64,000 bases of DNA, from the NCBI RefSeq assembly GCF_009914755.1, contig NC_060941.1; one strand, 5' to 3'. The notes under the pieces are model-generated. The model did not search any database. It was not told the DNA's origin and saw nothing but the letters and a program-made list of their open reading frames with translations. Shown piece by piece: positions 1 through 14,693 of the stretch (the first letter of the stretch is position 1; every line of letters starts with the position of its first letter). This DNA is from the human T2T-CHM13v2.0 reference genome, Homo sapiens. Position numbers and translations under genes: made by a program.

Positions 1-249
1 ATCTAGAAATGTTCAAGAGGTCTTTTGGTTTTATAAGTTAATGAATTTTTATTTAATACCTTCATCTGGCATTTCAAAAATGCCATATAGATATGATTTA
101 AAAAAACTTTTAAAGGGTAAAAATATAGTATATAGTTATATAAGAATTGAAAAATACAGCTAAACAAGAAGAAAATTAGATCATCTACAGTCATGCCCCT
201 AGGTATGCTGGCCTTGAAAGAATGGTATATACTCATGGATTCAGATTTC

Positions 250-1605
250 TTGTCCATTCACTCTTGAGCTGATACCAGTAATTTTCACTCCTACCACTCT
301 TCCAAGATTGTTGTTCTCAAGTTTACCATTGATTTGTAAATCTAGACATTGTTTCTTAGACCTCATTTTATTTAACCTGTCAGCAATATTGGACCCAATG
401 GAAAACTCTCTCCTCCATAACAGTGTCTTCACTTGGCTTTCAGGATCTCACTCACTCACCTGGCTTTTCTTCCTGCCTTTCCAGTCCATCTGTCATAGTC
501 TGTTTTGCTTTCTTCTCATATCCCACCTTTTACACATTGATATGTCCCAGGACTCAGTCCTCAATCTTGTTTCTCATGACTTTTACTACCTTGTGTGTGC
601 TAATGATTTCCAAATGCGTGTCTCCAGCCTAGATCTCTCTCCTTAATTCCAGACTTCTACACCAACCTGCCTACTTGACATCTCTGTTTGATTGGTCACG
701 AACTGTTGGGTATCACAAAACCAGGTCCAAGATTGGGGTACCGATATTCTTTCTCATACCTACCCCTCACATGGTCTTTCCTACTTGCATTAATGGCAAC
801 TCTTGCAGTTGCTCTGCTAGAAACTAAGGTGTTGTCATTGACTCCCCTCTCTCTCTGACACCTCACATCTAATCTGTCAGCAGATCTTGTCAGGAGTACC
901 TGAAGAATATATCCAGAAGCCAGTCATATCTTCCATTTCCAAGCCACCACCATCTGCTCTCTAGATGCATGTAATAGACTGTTAATTGGTCTGTTTTTTT
1001 TTTTTAAAGAAACCTCTTTTCATTAATCCTTAACTCAGTGGCACTTAAAACATAAGTCAGATGATGTCATTCTTCTGCTCAGATCCATCTGATTGCCTCC
1101 CATTTCACTCTGAGTATGTGTCAGGGTTCCTCCTCATACCTAGAAGGCAACACACAATATGCCCTGTTCTCTCTCTCACTTAAACTTCTGTTTCTTATTC
1201 CCTTTGCTGTGCTTCAGCTACACTAAACTTCTTGCTCTTCGTTATCTATCACAGTTGCTTAAACACCCCAGGCACACCTCTGCACTGGGCAGTTCCCTGT
1301 GTCTGGGATGCCTTTTCCTCAGATAGCCTCCTGGCTTTCTTTTTCCATTCCTTCAGTTCTTTACTTAAAAGCCCCTTTCTCAGTAAGGACTTTTCTGGCC
1401 ATCCTAGAATTCCCACTATCCCTCCTCTCAAACCTGTAAACATTTCATTTTCCTGCTTTAGTTTTTCTCCTTTAACACTGTATATTTTGCCTAATCTATC
1501 TATGGTTATTGTGTTTATTTCACTCCCATGAGTAGGATGTTTGTGTGCCTAGAAAAGGGCCTAGCTTGCAATAAGTAGCTACTCAATAAATATTTATTAA
1601 ATGAG
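250..1605 (+). mobile_element. Old LINE-2 (L2a-like) fragment
   Basis: L2 motifs (ctccagcctagatctctctc, cctacttgacatctc) and 3' end ctcaataaatatttattaaatga; boundaries approximate. Confidence 0.7.
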
Positions 1606-3116
1606 CAACTGAAGTTTACCCTTCGGTGTATTGTTTTAAACATTAGATTGATTCTCAGGTAAAAAAAAAAAAAAAGAAAGAAAGAAAAAGGTTTCACATG
1701 GGTTCATTCTAACACTTTTGCCTGGAAATTATATGCGTTTTTGGATTTTTTGGCTCTTTGTAATAAGCTACATTCTTTGTATTAATAGTTTTCCATTTAG
1801 AGAGAAAAGCTCAATATTGTCATTACTCACTATTTATTCTTTTACTAATAATCATGATAGTTTTACTTATGATAAAATGGATCAAAGGAATTACATAGTT
1901 CATTGGTAATTTATAAAGAAAATTAAAATATAAGGGTGGTAAATTTAATGGACTTAAAATTGTTTCCAATTGATTATGAACCTTCAGTATTTGAAGTTAA
2001 AAGACCAAGTTGGAATGTGTTGCTTTCTATAAGAGAGCTATGCTCATCAGGCACTCTGTATTCTGACAGAGCAGCTGTTGATCTTACATAGGGTTGCGGG
2101 AGGAGCGGACTTGAAGCATTGGCAGACTCTCAGCGGCATAAGAGGGTTAACATCATCTTGAGAAACATGGCTATCTGAGTGAGGCTGCTGTGGGTTGGTT
2201 AACACTCCCAGGCTTGTGGATTGGAGCGAGTTTGTGTTTAACTGGCTGTCTTTCCAAAGCAAGTGGCGCACGTTGATATTGGTTGGTGAGAGAGGCCAAT
2301 GGTCACTGATGATTGACTGTATTTACAACTGGCTGTGGGTGGTTGCTTGTTACAAATGTAGCTACTAAGTTTGAGACAACTTTAAACTGCAGTTTTCTGT
2401 TTAAAAGTTGCCTTCCATCAACTATGTTTAAAATGAAAATGATTTCATATTCCAGAACTATAGACTTAATTTGGAAGTGTGGGTCAAGAGGAATTGTTTA
2501 ATAATTGCTCTCAGGAAGATCTCTTTTTTTGATGCTTAGTCTTAACCAGAAGAATTCGCTACATAGTTAAAAAACAAGCAAACAAACAAACAAAAAACAA
2601 TTATTAATTTTGTTTCAGTTTTTAGTATTTTCAGAGACTTCTGCTAAACTCCTAATCTCCAGTGGGAAATGTTTGTCTCTTTGTTAATGTATGTAGTTAT
2701 ATGATAGTGATATTCTTTTTTTTATTCCTTAATCTTTTTTTGTTCACTTTCTCTTCCATGCAATGATAGTGATATAATGTGTGTTTACTTCATAAAAAAG
2801 TAATTACAATTTTCTGCTGGCAAATCCAGCTTTTTATATTAAGACTAAGTACTAGACTAAATATGTGGGAAATTTACCAAATTATTTTATTTTCAAACAA
2901 GCATATAATTAATCAGAATATTGCTATTTTTGAACAATATATAATGACTATAATGACATTTAGGAATTTTAACACTAAGATTTTTTTCTTCCCGAGACAT
3001 TTCCTTGATTTCTTTCATGTAATATGTGCCTGTTATTTTTAAGACTTGGTTTAATCTGTTTAAACATTATTATATTTAAAAACAAAACCCAAAACATAGC
3101 ACAGATCTAAATATGA

Positions 3117-3451
<335 letters not shown>

Positions 3452-3454
3452 AGC

Positions 3455-3761
3455 TTTTTTTTTTTTTTTTTCTTTTCTTTTTTCTTTGTGACAGAGTCTC
3501 ACTCTGTCACCAGGCTGGAGTGCAGTGGCAATCTCAGCTCTCTGCAACCTCCAGCTCCTGGGTTCAAGCGATTCTTCTGCCTCAGCCTCCCGAATAGCTG
3601 GGACTACAGGTGCGCCACCATGCCCAGCTAATTTTTGTATTTTTAGTAGAGATGGGTTTCACCATGTTGGCCAGGATGGTCTCGATCTATTGACCTCATG
3701 ATCCGCCCGCCTCAGCCTCCCAAAGTGCTGGGATTACAGGTGTGAGCCACCACACCCAGCT
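3455..3761 (-). mobile_element. AluS (Sc-like)
   Basis: Full Alu dimer with poly-T tail on the + strand. Confidence 0.88.
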
Positions 3762-4200
3762 GACTCCAGCTTTTTAGTGTGGCATTCATCTTCCATTCTT
3801 ACTTTCTTTGTGTTTTACACTTTTCCTTTCAAGTTCCTAGGAAACACCTAGACTCCATGGGACTAATCTTTGTGCTGTCATTCCATTCTCCAAGTGGAGT
3901 AGTTTTCTCTATTTTTTCCCTGGTGAGCTCCTCTTATATTTTGCCTCTTCTGTAATGCCTTCCTTGTGCTAAAATATAACTTTCCATATATCAACTCTTA
4001 AACTACACATTGTATCATAATTGCATATTACCTGGTTTTTGAGGCAGGAAATATATATTTCTTTATATGTTGATAATTCATAACTGTGTTTTTTGAATTA
4101 ATGAATTGAGATGGGGAAGAGTTGGAATTTTACAAAATTTTTTTTATTTGTTATCAGTAGAATTATTATAAAACATTGGCCTTTTGTAGATTTTTTAAAG

Positions 4201-4370
4201 TTGTGGTTCTGCGTTACATATGAAGGAAGTAAAGAAAAATGAAAATAAAAAATGTACCTCAAAATAATCTCTGATTACGCCAGTGTTTGAGAAGGTAATT
4301 TAGTAACTTGTGGTCTGCTGCAAGGAGATGATGACAGCAGTTTAAGTGAAATAGATGAGGTTGAAAGAAG
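4201..4370 (+). pseudogene. Decayed ANKRD26-type exon (pseudo-exon)
   Basis: Reads SALHMKEVKKNENKKCTSK*SLITPVFEKVI* then, frameshifted, VTCGLLQGDDDSSLSEIDEVER. Resembles ANKRD26 ALQMKEVK...GGLLQVDDDSSLSEIDEDEGR. Expected donor reads AG|ttaaaa. Confidence 0.75.
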
Positions 4371-5148
4371 TTAAAATGTATAAGTTCTTTATTTCTCTGA
4401 GAAGGAATATTCCCAGTGGTTACTTTTTCTGGAAATAGAAAATAGTGTAGTCTGCCAAAGCTAGAGAATACTCAACTATATCAATGCTGAAAGACTGATT
4501 ATGATGAGGGCTGGTAACTTTGACAAGGAGCAGTTTGAATAAATAATTGCTGTGGAATCCTGACTGTAGTGGATAAGCATAGATACCCCTTGAGGGAACC
4601 GTTATTGGGAAAGGCAACAGAGAAATGAGTGATAACTGAAGAAGAATGTGGGATTCAAGGGAATTTTCTTTCTTTTTTATTTCAAAATAGAAGCTTTTAG
4701 AGTGTGTTTGTATGCTGCTGGGAATGATAGGGACAAGGATAACATGTTTATGAGATTTAATTTTGTATGTCTAAGTGTTTGAAAGCTCGATTCATTATCT
4801 TTTGTAGGTTTTTAGCAAACTAATTGTCCTTAAAGTGTTTATTCACGTAGAGTTTTATGGTAGGAGTTTGTTCCTTCAGCATTGGTTCAGAAATGTAACA
4901 TATTAGCATAACTGAACCTGTGAATGGTGACCTAAAATTTAAACTATCATATGCAGATTGTTTTTAATTGTGAAATAATAAACATGCAAACACTTAGGCC
5001 ATACTGAATAGAATTTAAACATCCCTGATGAATAGGTATGATCTGCTGAGGTACTCTAAAATGTCAGGAGTATCAACTTTATAGTTGTTTAGATTCTGGG
5101 GAGAAGGGGAGGGTTTTGTTTAAGTACTTTAGAAAAGCTAACTGTTGA

Positions 5149-5493
<345 letters not shown>

Positions 5494-5879
5494 TATAAAG
5501 TTTTTTTAAAAAATATTTAATCAAGTTGACCTACAATGGATTATAAAGTTCTGAAGTATCAAAACCATGTTTCCCTGGACCAACATTGCCATCAGCATGT
5601 ATTGTGTGCTCAATGAGTATTTATTTGTTGAACGGGTGAATGAATGGGTGAATACATGAATGAATACCTGTTGATGGATTTCATTAAAAATACTTTTTAG
5701 TTTTTTGAAAGTAGGTTTCTAAACTTGCCTCTGTATAAAGTTTTTTTATTAGAAAAAAATTGCAAGATTCTGACATTATTTATAGTTGTAGTCAGAAATG
5801 GAATGGCAATGTGGGTTCATCTGCTATCATCTCTCTTTAAAACACTTGAAAATAAATGTTACCTTCACAGCATATCATG

Positions 5880-6120
5880 AAGCACATGTTTTTGAGGCAG
5901 AATTCTTAGGTTTGAGTTCTGGGTCTGCTACTGACCAGCTATATGGGCTGAGGACAGTCACTTGGCCCTTCTGTGCCTATTTTCTTTCTTTATAAAATTC
6001 TTAATATGTTACTGACCTCACAGAATTGTTATGAGGATTATATGAGTTTGACACATGGACAGTGCTCAGAATGATGCACAGTACCTGCATAGTAAGTCCA
6101 GAAAAAGCTTACTAATATCA
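5880..6120 (+). mobile_element. MIR SINE
   Basis: MIR core-like gtcacttggcccttctgtgcc...acctcacagaattgttatgaggatta. Confidence 0.6.
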
Positions 6121-6561
6121 TCATTAAAAAAGGGTTTCCCTTATATAAGAATGTGAGTAATATTTTCCAAATAGGTTTTAGTGCCCGTAAAAGCTTGTTT
6201 TTATTGAAAAGGACAACAATGAGAAGACCCTGGTATATTTATTTTTATCACGTAATGCAGGTAACATGTTTTTTTCTTTTGGTTTTACTATGAGAAATCT
6301 TGACCTAAATTTAATTCTTTGTAATTAAATTAGTAGTAGTAAATTTCTTTATCCCTTAATGTTGCTGTTTCTGTTTATAGTTTAATGTCCATTGTAGAAA
6401 ATTACTGCATTTTACATTACCTGTAAAAAAATTACCTATACACTTGATGAATAGAAGTAACACAAATGCAGACATTTTATATGATAAAACAGTAGTGTTA
6501 GATATTCTTTGTATTTTACATCTTTGCTATTTTTCTAAAAGGAATTGTTTTTTTTTTTCAG

Positions 6562-6595
6562 GCCTGCAGATAAAACATCTAATGAAAAGAACGAG
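6562..6595 (+). CDS. CCDC144A: CCDC144-family coding exon (34 nt; (R)PADKTSNEKNE)
   Basis: Acceptor ttttttttcag|GCCTGC and donor GAG|gtattg. Peptide resembles ANKRD26 RPTKKTSNEKNK. Phase 2-0 fits the next exon. Which paralogue is uncertain. Confidence 0.8.
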
Positions 6596-6880
6596 GTATT
6601 GTAAAAAAGGAAATGATCTAAAATATTGTTTTTAAAAAACAAGTTCTAAAAGGTAAAAATGAAAAAAATAAGATGTTTTGTTGTAAGGCTGTTTGCTTAG
6701 AAAAAGTGATGAAGAAACAGTAACCGTTGATAATGGTACCTTTTAAGAACAATCTGTTGCTTTAAGAAGTACCTGTATTTTTGCTCATACAAAAAAAATG
6801 GAGAAATACCGCTTCTGTACCTTTAGTATATGCTATAAATCTTTCGAGGACATTTTGAAACAGTATTATTTATCTTATAG

Positions 6881-7022
6881 GTCAAAAACCAAATATATCC
6901 TGAGGCTGACTTTGCTGACTCAATGGAGCCATCTGAAATAGCCTCAGAGGATTGTGAATTGTCTCACTCTGTTTATGAGAATTTTATGTTGCTGATTGAA
7001 CAACTTAGAATGGAGTATAAAG
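6881..7022 (+). CDS. CCDC144A: CCDC144-family coding exon (VKNQIYPEADFADSMEPSEIASEDCELSHSVYENFMLLIEQLRMEYK)
   Basis: tcttatag|GTCAAA ... AAAG|gtagga; 142 nt, open frame; ANKRD26-like SEDCELxHS motif. Confidence 0.88.
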
Positions 7023-8014
7023 GTAGGACCACTGCATAAATGCAAGGCCTTTTGATGTATCCTGCAGTAATGTGTGTATACATTGCTGAGAACTGACGTG
7101 TGATAGTGAAGCTCATCTCAGAAATACGCTCAGTGTTAAAATAGAGAACTAACTTATACTCTACGCCAAAGAGCTATGATAACTCCACTGTACTTTTCTC
7201 AGTGTGAGTGGCATTCCCAGTCTTTTTGTTGACTCTTTCTCTCCTATTCCTTCCCCCAATGTCAGGTTACCATTTTTTTCTCCACCTGGAATGCTGCGAG
7301 AATCTTAGGAATCTTAGAACTGTTTTCCCAAATACCCCACCTCCTAAAACCATGGTCTAGTCTGCAATCATAATGATAAATTTTTAAAAATTCGGATCTG
7401 ATCATGTTACTCCTTTGCTTATAACTCAGCTACTGCTTCTTATTGCTATAAGGTTAGAGATCTGAATCCTCTAGCTTTATCCTGCATCGTTTTTACTCTT
7501 CTCTTTCTCTGTGTCCCACTCTGTGTCTTATATGTTTGTTCCAGCACTGATAGCTTCAGTGAGGTATAACTGATATGTGATAGACTGCACGTATATAAAA
7601 TATACAATCGTGTGCACATTTGAAACCACCATAATCAGGAGAGTTAACATGTTCATCATCCATAAAAGTCTCTTCTTGTCCCTTTGTCTTTCTTTATTAA
7701 GAAACTGCTAAATTGTTTTCCAAAGTATTTGTATTGATTTTGCATTCCAACCAGAGGTATATGACATTTCTTGTTGTTCTGTATCATCACAAGCTCTTAT
7801 TATTGCTGTTTTCAAATTTTGAAATTTTAGCCATTCTGATGGATGTGTATTATGCATATCATTATGGTTTTAATGTGCATTACCCTAAGGACTAATAATG
7901 TTGAGCATCTTGTATATGCTTATTTGCCACCTGTGAACTGTCTTTTCCAATCTGGGTAGCTTATGAACATTTAAAATTGAGATTCGATTCAATCAGCTTT
8001 TTTACATACACCAA

Positions 8015-8235
8015 AGATAGTCAAACCTTTTCATTTTCAAACTGTTATCTTACTAAACATAGTAAATATTTTAAACTTGTGACAAAATGGTCTCTGTCAC
8101 AGCCAATCAACTCTGCCATTGTAGTATGAGACCAGCCATAGACAATACATATGTTAAAAAACACAGCTGCATTCCATTAAAACTTTATTTGCAAAAATAA
8201 GAAGCTGCCCCGCAGGTTGGATTTTACCCATCCCT
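8015..8235. mobile_element. MER58A-like hAT DNA transposon
   Basis: tggtctctgtcacagc...tcaactctgccattgtag...gccatagacaatac...aaaactttattt. Confidence 0.65.
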
Positions 8236-9854
8236 ATTATGTGATCATGATTGTGAATAAAGACAGTTTTACTTCTTCTTTTCAACTCAGGTAGCTTTTA
8301 TTTCCTTTTCTTTCCTAACTGCACTGGCTTCAGTGCAATGCTGACTAAAATAGTGAAAGGAGACATTCCTGTATTGTTCCCGATCTTACAGGGAAAGCAT
8401 TCAGTTTTTCATCATGACACATGTTAGTTGTAGGTTTATCAGAGATGCTCTTTATCATGCTGATGGTGTTCCCTTGTATTCTTTGGTTACTGAGAGGGAT
8501 TTTTTTTTTAAATCAGGAATGAATGTTGTATTTTATCAAATGCCTCTATCTACTGAGATGATCATATGGTTCTTTTAGTTTTTTAATGTGGTGAATACTT
8601 ATATTTTACTGTCAAACAAACCGTGTATTTAGGGATAAACCCCACTTGTTTATGATGTATTATCCTTCTAATGTATCATTGGATTTGATTTGCCAAAGCT
8701 TTATTTAGAGCGTTTTAAAAGACTATTTTTTAGAGTAGTTTTAGCTTCACAGCAAAATTGAAAGTAAGGCACAGAGATTATCCCTGTACTCCCTGCCCCC
8801 ACACGTGCATAGCCTCCACAATTATCAATATCCTCACCAGAGTGCTACACTTGACCTCATTGATGTTCCTGAATTGATAATCATAATCATCCAAAGTCCA
8901 TAGTTTATATTAGGGTTCAGTCTCGGTGTCTTATATTCTGTGAATTTGGACAAAAGTATAAGGACATGTATTTATCATTGTAGTATTATTCAAAGTAATT
9001 TCAGAGCTTTAAAACTCCTTTGCGCTTCATCTGTTCATCTTTTCCCACCTTCCCTCCCCAACTCTTGGCAACCACTGACTTTTTTTACTGTGTCTATGGT
9101 TTTGCCTTTTCCAAAATGTCATTTAGTTGGTATCAGACAGCGTGTAGCCTTTAGACTGGCATCTTTCACTTGGTAATGTGCCTTTGTGGTTCCTTCATGT
9201 CTTCTCATGGCATGATAGCTCATTATCGCATGGCTGTACCAGAAGTTGTTCACTCACCTAAAGGAGGATATCTTGGTTTCTTGAGAAACTGGTTACATTT
9301 TTACGTCCATGTTCATGAGGGAGTTTTCTCTTTTTGTAATATCATTGTCAGACTTTGGTTCAGGGTAATGCTAGAGTGACAGAATGAGTTGTATTTCTCC
9401 TCTATTTTTTTTTTTGAGGGCGGGGGAGAGGTCATATAAAATTGTTATATTGCTTCTTAAATATTTGGTAGAATTCACCAGCATAGCTATCTGGGCCTGG
9501 AGTTTTCTTTCTAGGAAGGCTTTACTTATGCTTTCTTTTATAGATATAGGACAGTTCATGTTATTCCTTCTTAAATTGGACCTTGGTAATTTTTGTTTTT
9601 CAAGGAAAGTGTCCATTTTATCAAAGTTGTCATGTTTAGTCACATAAAGCTTACCTTATTATATTTCTATTCTTTTAGTATCTGTAGAATCTATAAAAAT
9701 GTCATATTACTATGTTTCTGAAATTAGTAATTTGCATCTTCTTTTTTATGATCAACCTGGCTAGAGTTTTATCACTTTTATTGACCTCCTCATAGTGTGT
9801 GGTTTTATTGATTTTTTTCCTATTGTTTTTCCATTTTATTGGTTTCATCTTTGA

Positions 9855-10206
9855 TGTTTTGGTCTGTTCCGCCTGCTATAACAAAATACCATAGACTGGG
9901 TAGCTTATAAACAACAGAAATAGATTTCTCACAAAAGTCCAAGATCTAGGTGCTGGCAGATTTGGTGTCTGGTGAGTGACCAATTCCTGGTTCATAGATC
10001 TCTTTTTTCCCCCTGTGTCCTCACATGGCAGAACAGGTGAATGAGCCCTCTGGGGTCTATATATATAAGGGCACTAATCCCACTAATGAGGGCTTGGCTC
10101 CCATGAGCTAATTACCTCCACAAAGCCTCACCTTCTGATAACATCACCTCTGTGATTAAGTTTCAGCATATGAGTTCTGGGAGGATGCAAATGTCAGACA
10201 ATACCA
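9855..10206. mobile_element. MLT1A-like MaLR solo LTR
   Basis: ctgctataacaaaataccatagactgggtagcttataaacaacagaa...aagggcactaatccc. Confidence 0.8.
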
Positions 10207-10620
10207 GATGCTTATTGTATCATTTCCTCTGCTTGCTTTGAGTTTAATTTGTTCTTCTTCTTTTTCAGTTTCTTCTCTTTTTTTAGTTTCTTAAGATAAA
10301 AGTCAAGACCATTGACTTGAGAGTCTTCTAATATAGACATTAAGTGCTAAAAAATTTTAAGTACTGTTGTAGCTGTGTTCCACAAATCCTGATATGTAAT
10401 ATTTTCATTTTCATTCAGTTCAAAATACTCTCTAATTTCTCTTTGCATCGTGTCTTTGACCTAGGGTTATTTAGATGTGTATTACTTTGTTTTAAAATAT
10501 TTGAATATTTTGATGAGATATTTTGTTACTAATTTGTGACTTGATTGCCATGTGGTCAGGGAACATACTTTGTATGACTTAAATCTTTCTGACTTAATTC
10601 TTTCATTAAGATTGATTGCA

Positions 10621-10909
<289 letters not shown>

Positions 10910-11149
10910 CTAGAATGTGGTCTGTTTGGTAAGTGCTCACTGGGTACTTGAGAAGCATGGTGTTGTTCAAGTGTGCTCCATTCTTGCTGATTTGCTGCTC
11001 CCTTGTTTTATCACTTATTGAGTAAGTGATATTCAAATCTCAGATGTACTTGTGAATTTGTCTATTTCGTCTATTGATTTTTGCCTCATATATTTTGAAG
11101 CTGTTATTAGGTGCACAAACAGTTGAGATTACACGTTCTTGATTAACTG

Positions 11150-11151
<2 letters not shown>

Positions 11152-11183
<32 letters not shown>

Positions 11184-11309
11184 GTATTTTTAGTAGAGAC
11201 GGGGTTTCACCATGTTAGCCAGGATGGTCTCAATCTCCTGACCTCGTGATCCACCTGCCTCGGCCTCCCAAAGTGCTAGGATTACAGGCATGAGCCACCG
11301 CGCCCAGCC
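11152..11309 (-). mobile_element. AluY-type left monomer only, with 31-nt tail
   Basis: TSD gattaactgaa at 11141-11151 and 11310-11320. Confidence 0.85.
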
Positions 11310-11874
11310 GATTAACTGAACTTTTAAAAGTCATTAGGAAATGACTGTTTATAGCTGGTAATTTTTTTTTTTTTTTTTTTTTTTTTTTGTGTGAAATCTA
11401 CTTTGGTATTAACATAGCCATTTCTTCTCAGGCTTCTTTTGTCAACTCTTAGCCTGGTATATCTTTTTCCATTCTTTTGAACAATTTATGTTTTTACATT
11501 TAAAGTGCTTTTTTTTAATAGGAAGCATGGAGTAGGTTCTTGCCTTTTTATCCAGTCTGACAATCTGCCTTTTAATTGAGACTTTTAGGCCAGTTCCATT
11601 TATAATGTGCTTATTAATACAGTGAAATTTGTCTGTCATCAAGCTGTTTGATTTCCACTGGTCCCCCCAGTTCTTTGTTCTCTTCTTTTTCTGCTTTCTT
11701 CTCAGTTAGTCCAGTAATTTTTATGATTTATTTTTATCTCCCTTTTATGGCTTATTAGCGATAACTATTTTTTTCTATCTTAGCAGTTGCACTACAATTT
11801 ATAGTATATGATTTTAACATCACAGTCCATCTTCAAAAAATATTATGGCATATCATATATGGCATAAGAAAATT

Positions 11875-12145
11875 ATGAATGAAAACCCAAACATTGTATG
11901 TTCTCACTTGTAAGTGGGAGCTATGCTATGAGGATGCAGGGGCATAAAAATGATACAATGGAGGTTGGGGACTTGTGGGGAAAGAGTGGGAGGGGGGTGA
12001 GGGACAAAAGACTACGGATTGGATCCAGTGTATGCTGCTTGGGTGATGGGTGCGCCAAAATCTCAGAAACCACCACTAAAGAACTTATTCATGTAACCAA
12101 GGACCACCTGTTACCCCAAAAGCTATTGAAATTTTTTAAAAAAGA
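11875..12145 (+). mobile_element. Short 5'-truncated L1 3' end (L1PB-like)
   Basis: tgttctcacttgtaagtgggagct...accactaaagaacttattcatgtaacc; flanking aagaaaatt repeats. Confidence 0.75.
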
Positions 12146-12450
12146 AAATTGGAATAGTATACTTTCATTTCCTCTCTCCCAGCCAGATACTTCTGGATTT
12201 GTAGGATTATAGTTTTCTTTACATTTAGAAAGTTTTGGCCATTCTTTTTTTATTTTTCTGTCTCTCTTTTTCCCTCTTTGGGGACTTATTCCTGCTTGAA
12301 GTTTTCTCATAGTTCACTGATGTCTCAAATTTATGAATCTTCTCTTTGGTGATGTCTAATCTGTGTTCACTTCCATCCATTTTAGCTTTCATTCCTGACA
12401 TTGTAATTTGAATCTCTACAAGTGTAGTTTGCTTTAAAGAAAAATCTTCC

Positions 12451-12802
<352 letters not shown>

Positions 12803-13880
12803 TTAATTTTAATATACAGTTGAGTTCCATATGAACAGCTTGATCTTTCTGATCTTGCTTTTATGATTTGGTCTAATTTCCTGCTCCTGAGGCAAGATCT
12901 TTGTGATGACTCTATTCATTGCCATGCGAAGTCTCAGTTTTCCCAGCATCACTCATGGGAATGGACACTCTTTTTGGCACATCGTGAACACCAGACATGT
13001 TTCTTTCCAGTGTTTTTTAGATGTTTTTTTCCCCTTGATCTGGGGCGGTTTTCTGGCACACATGTGCTGTTTGTTACTCTGCTAGATACTCAGGAGGTAT
13101 TTTTGCAAATCTTCAGTGTTCTTTCCCTGTACTCTGTCTCCTTTCCGGTGTTCTGTTTCGTGATCTCTGTCTGCCTTGGCTTTACCAGACTCTCAGCTTC
13201 ATCATCTCATCTCAGGGAATCTGGTGGACTCTATGTCAGTTTTTTCTCTCTGTGCGGTAGCCTGGAAACTCCGTGAAGGCAGGGAGCTGGAGTGTTGGAT
13301 GAATTTCCTTTGTTTCCTGTCTTACGGGGATCATTGTCTTCATTACCTGAAGTTCACTGCCTGGTAAATCATTGTATAATATATTTTGTCTGTTTTCTTT
13401 TTGGTTGTTTCAGGCAAGAAGGTAAATCAGTACTTGCTGTCCATTGTGGCCAGAAGCAGATTCCAGCAGAGCTTCAGCACCTGCTGTCGACTGGCAAGAA
13501 TGCTTTTCTACCCCTTTGCTTAACTGCTTCCTTCTCACCCTTCATTTCTCAGTGTAGCCATCTCTTCCTCAGGGAAATCTTCCCTGGGCCCATTATAGAT
13601 CAAATTCTTCTGTGTGATCATAGAACTCTGTTTTCTTACACCATATATCTGAATTTATAATTGTCATTTTTGTTGTGTTTGTTCCTCACTTCACTTAAGG
13701 CTAAATGAGAGTAGAGGTCTTATCTGTTTTATCTGCAGAGCTTAGTAGAATGTCTCCCACTTTGTAGGCACTCAGTGCATATTTGTTCAATGTATGAAGG
13801 AGACAATGTTAAAAATGCACAGTTTTTTAATACCTAAAAGTACTCATATATTTTATTTCTACCTTTTCTCCCTGACACAG

Positions 13881-14094
13881 ATTCTGCTAGCCTACCAAGA
13901 ATCCAAGACACATTTTGTTTGTGTGAACACTTACTGAAACTTAAGAATAATCACTGTGACCAACTTACAGTAAAACTTAAACAAATGGAAAATATGGTCA
14001 GTGTACTACAAAATGAGCTATCTGAAACAAAAAAGACAAAATTACAGTTAGAACTTCAAAAAATTGAATGGGAGAAAGAGCTGTACGATTTGAG
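13881..14094 (+). CDS. CCDC144A: CCDC144-family coding exon (DSASLPRIQDTFCLCEHLLKLKNNHC...EWEKELYDLR)
   Basis: cctgacacag|ATTCTG ... TTGAG|gtatga; 214 nt, phase 1-2; overlaps ORF 13919..14131; coiled coil. Confidence 0.9.
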
Positions 14095-14409
14095 GTATGA
14101 TGTTCTAGTTCTAAAGAAATGTTTATACTAAAGACAATATATCAGAATTTTTGTAACTGCTGACTTACCTTCTGCAGATTAATGGGGGAGAAACCTTTTT
14201 GGTCTTGTGGAATATGAAATTCTTGGAAATAATAAAACAAATTATTAACTGTGAACTCTTCTAATAAATAAATGTATATTCTTTGCAATCTAAATGGCCA
14301 TATAGAAGTCCACCATATAAAATCTTGTTATTCATTTAACAAATTGTAATTTGGGTTTTAAAATTATCTTGTATTTATAATTAATGATGTAAGGAACATC
14401 TTTTATCGT

Positions 14410-14693
14410 TACTATTATTTGTAGACACAGGGTCTCTGTGCCTGGGACTGGAGTTCACTGGTGTGATCATACCTCCCTGCAGCCTTGAACTCCATCCTCC
14501 TGCCTCAGCATCCTAAGTAGTTGGGACTCCAGGTGCACATTCTCATGCTTGGCTAACTTTTTAAGTGTTTTGTAGAGACGGGGTATCACTGTGTTGCTCA
14601 GGATGATCTCCAATTCCCAACCTCAAGCATTCCTTCTGCAAAATTGGCCTCCCAAATCATTAGTATGACAGACATGAGCCGTCATGCCCAGCC
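14410..14693 (-). mobile_element. Old AluJ
   Basis: Diverged Alu dimer. Confidence 0.75.
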
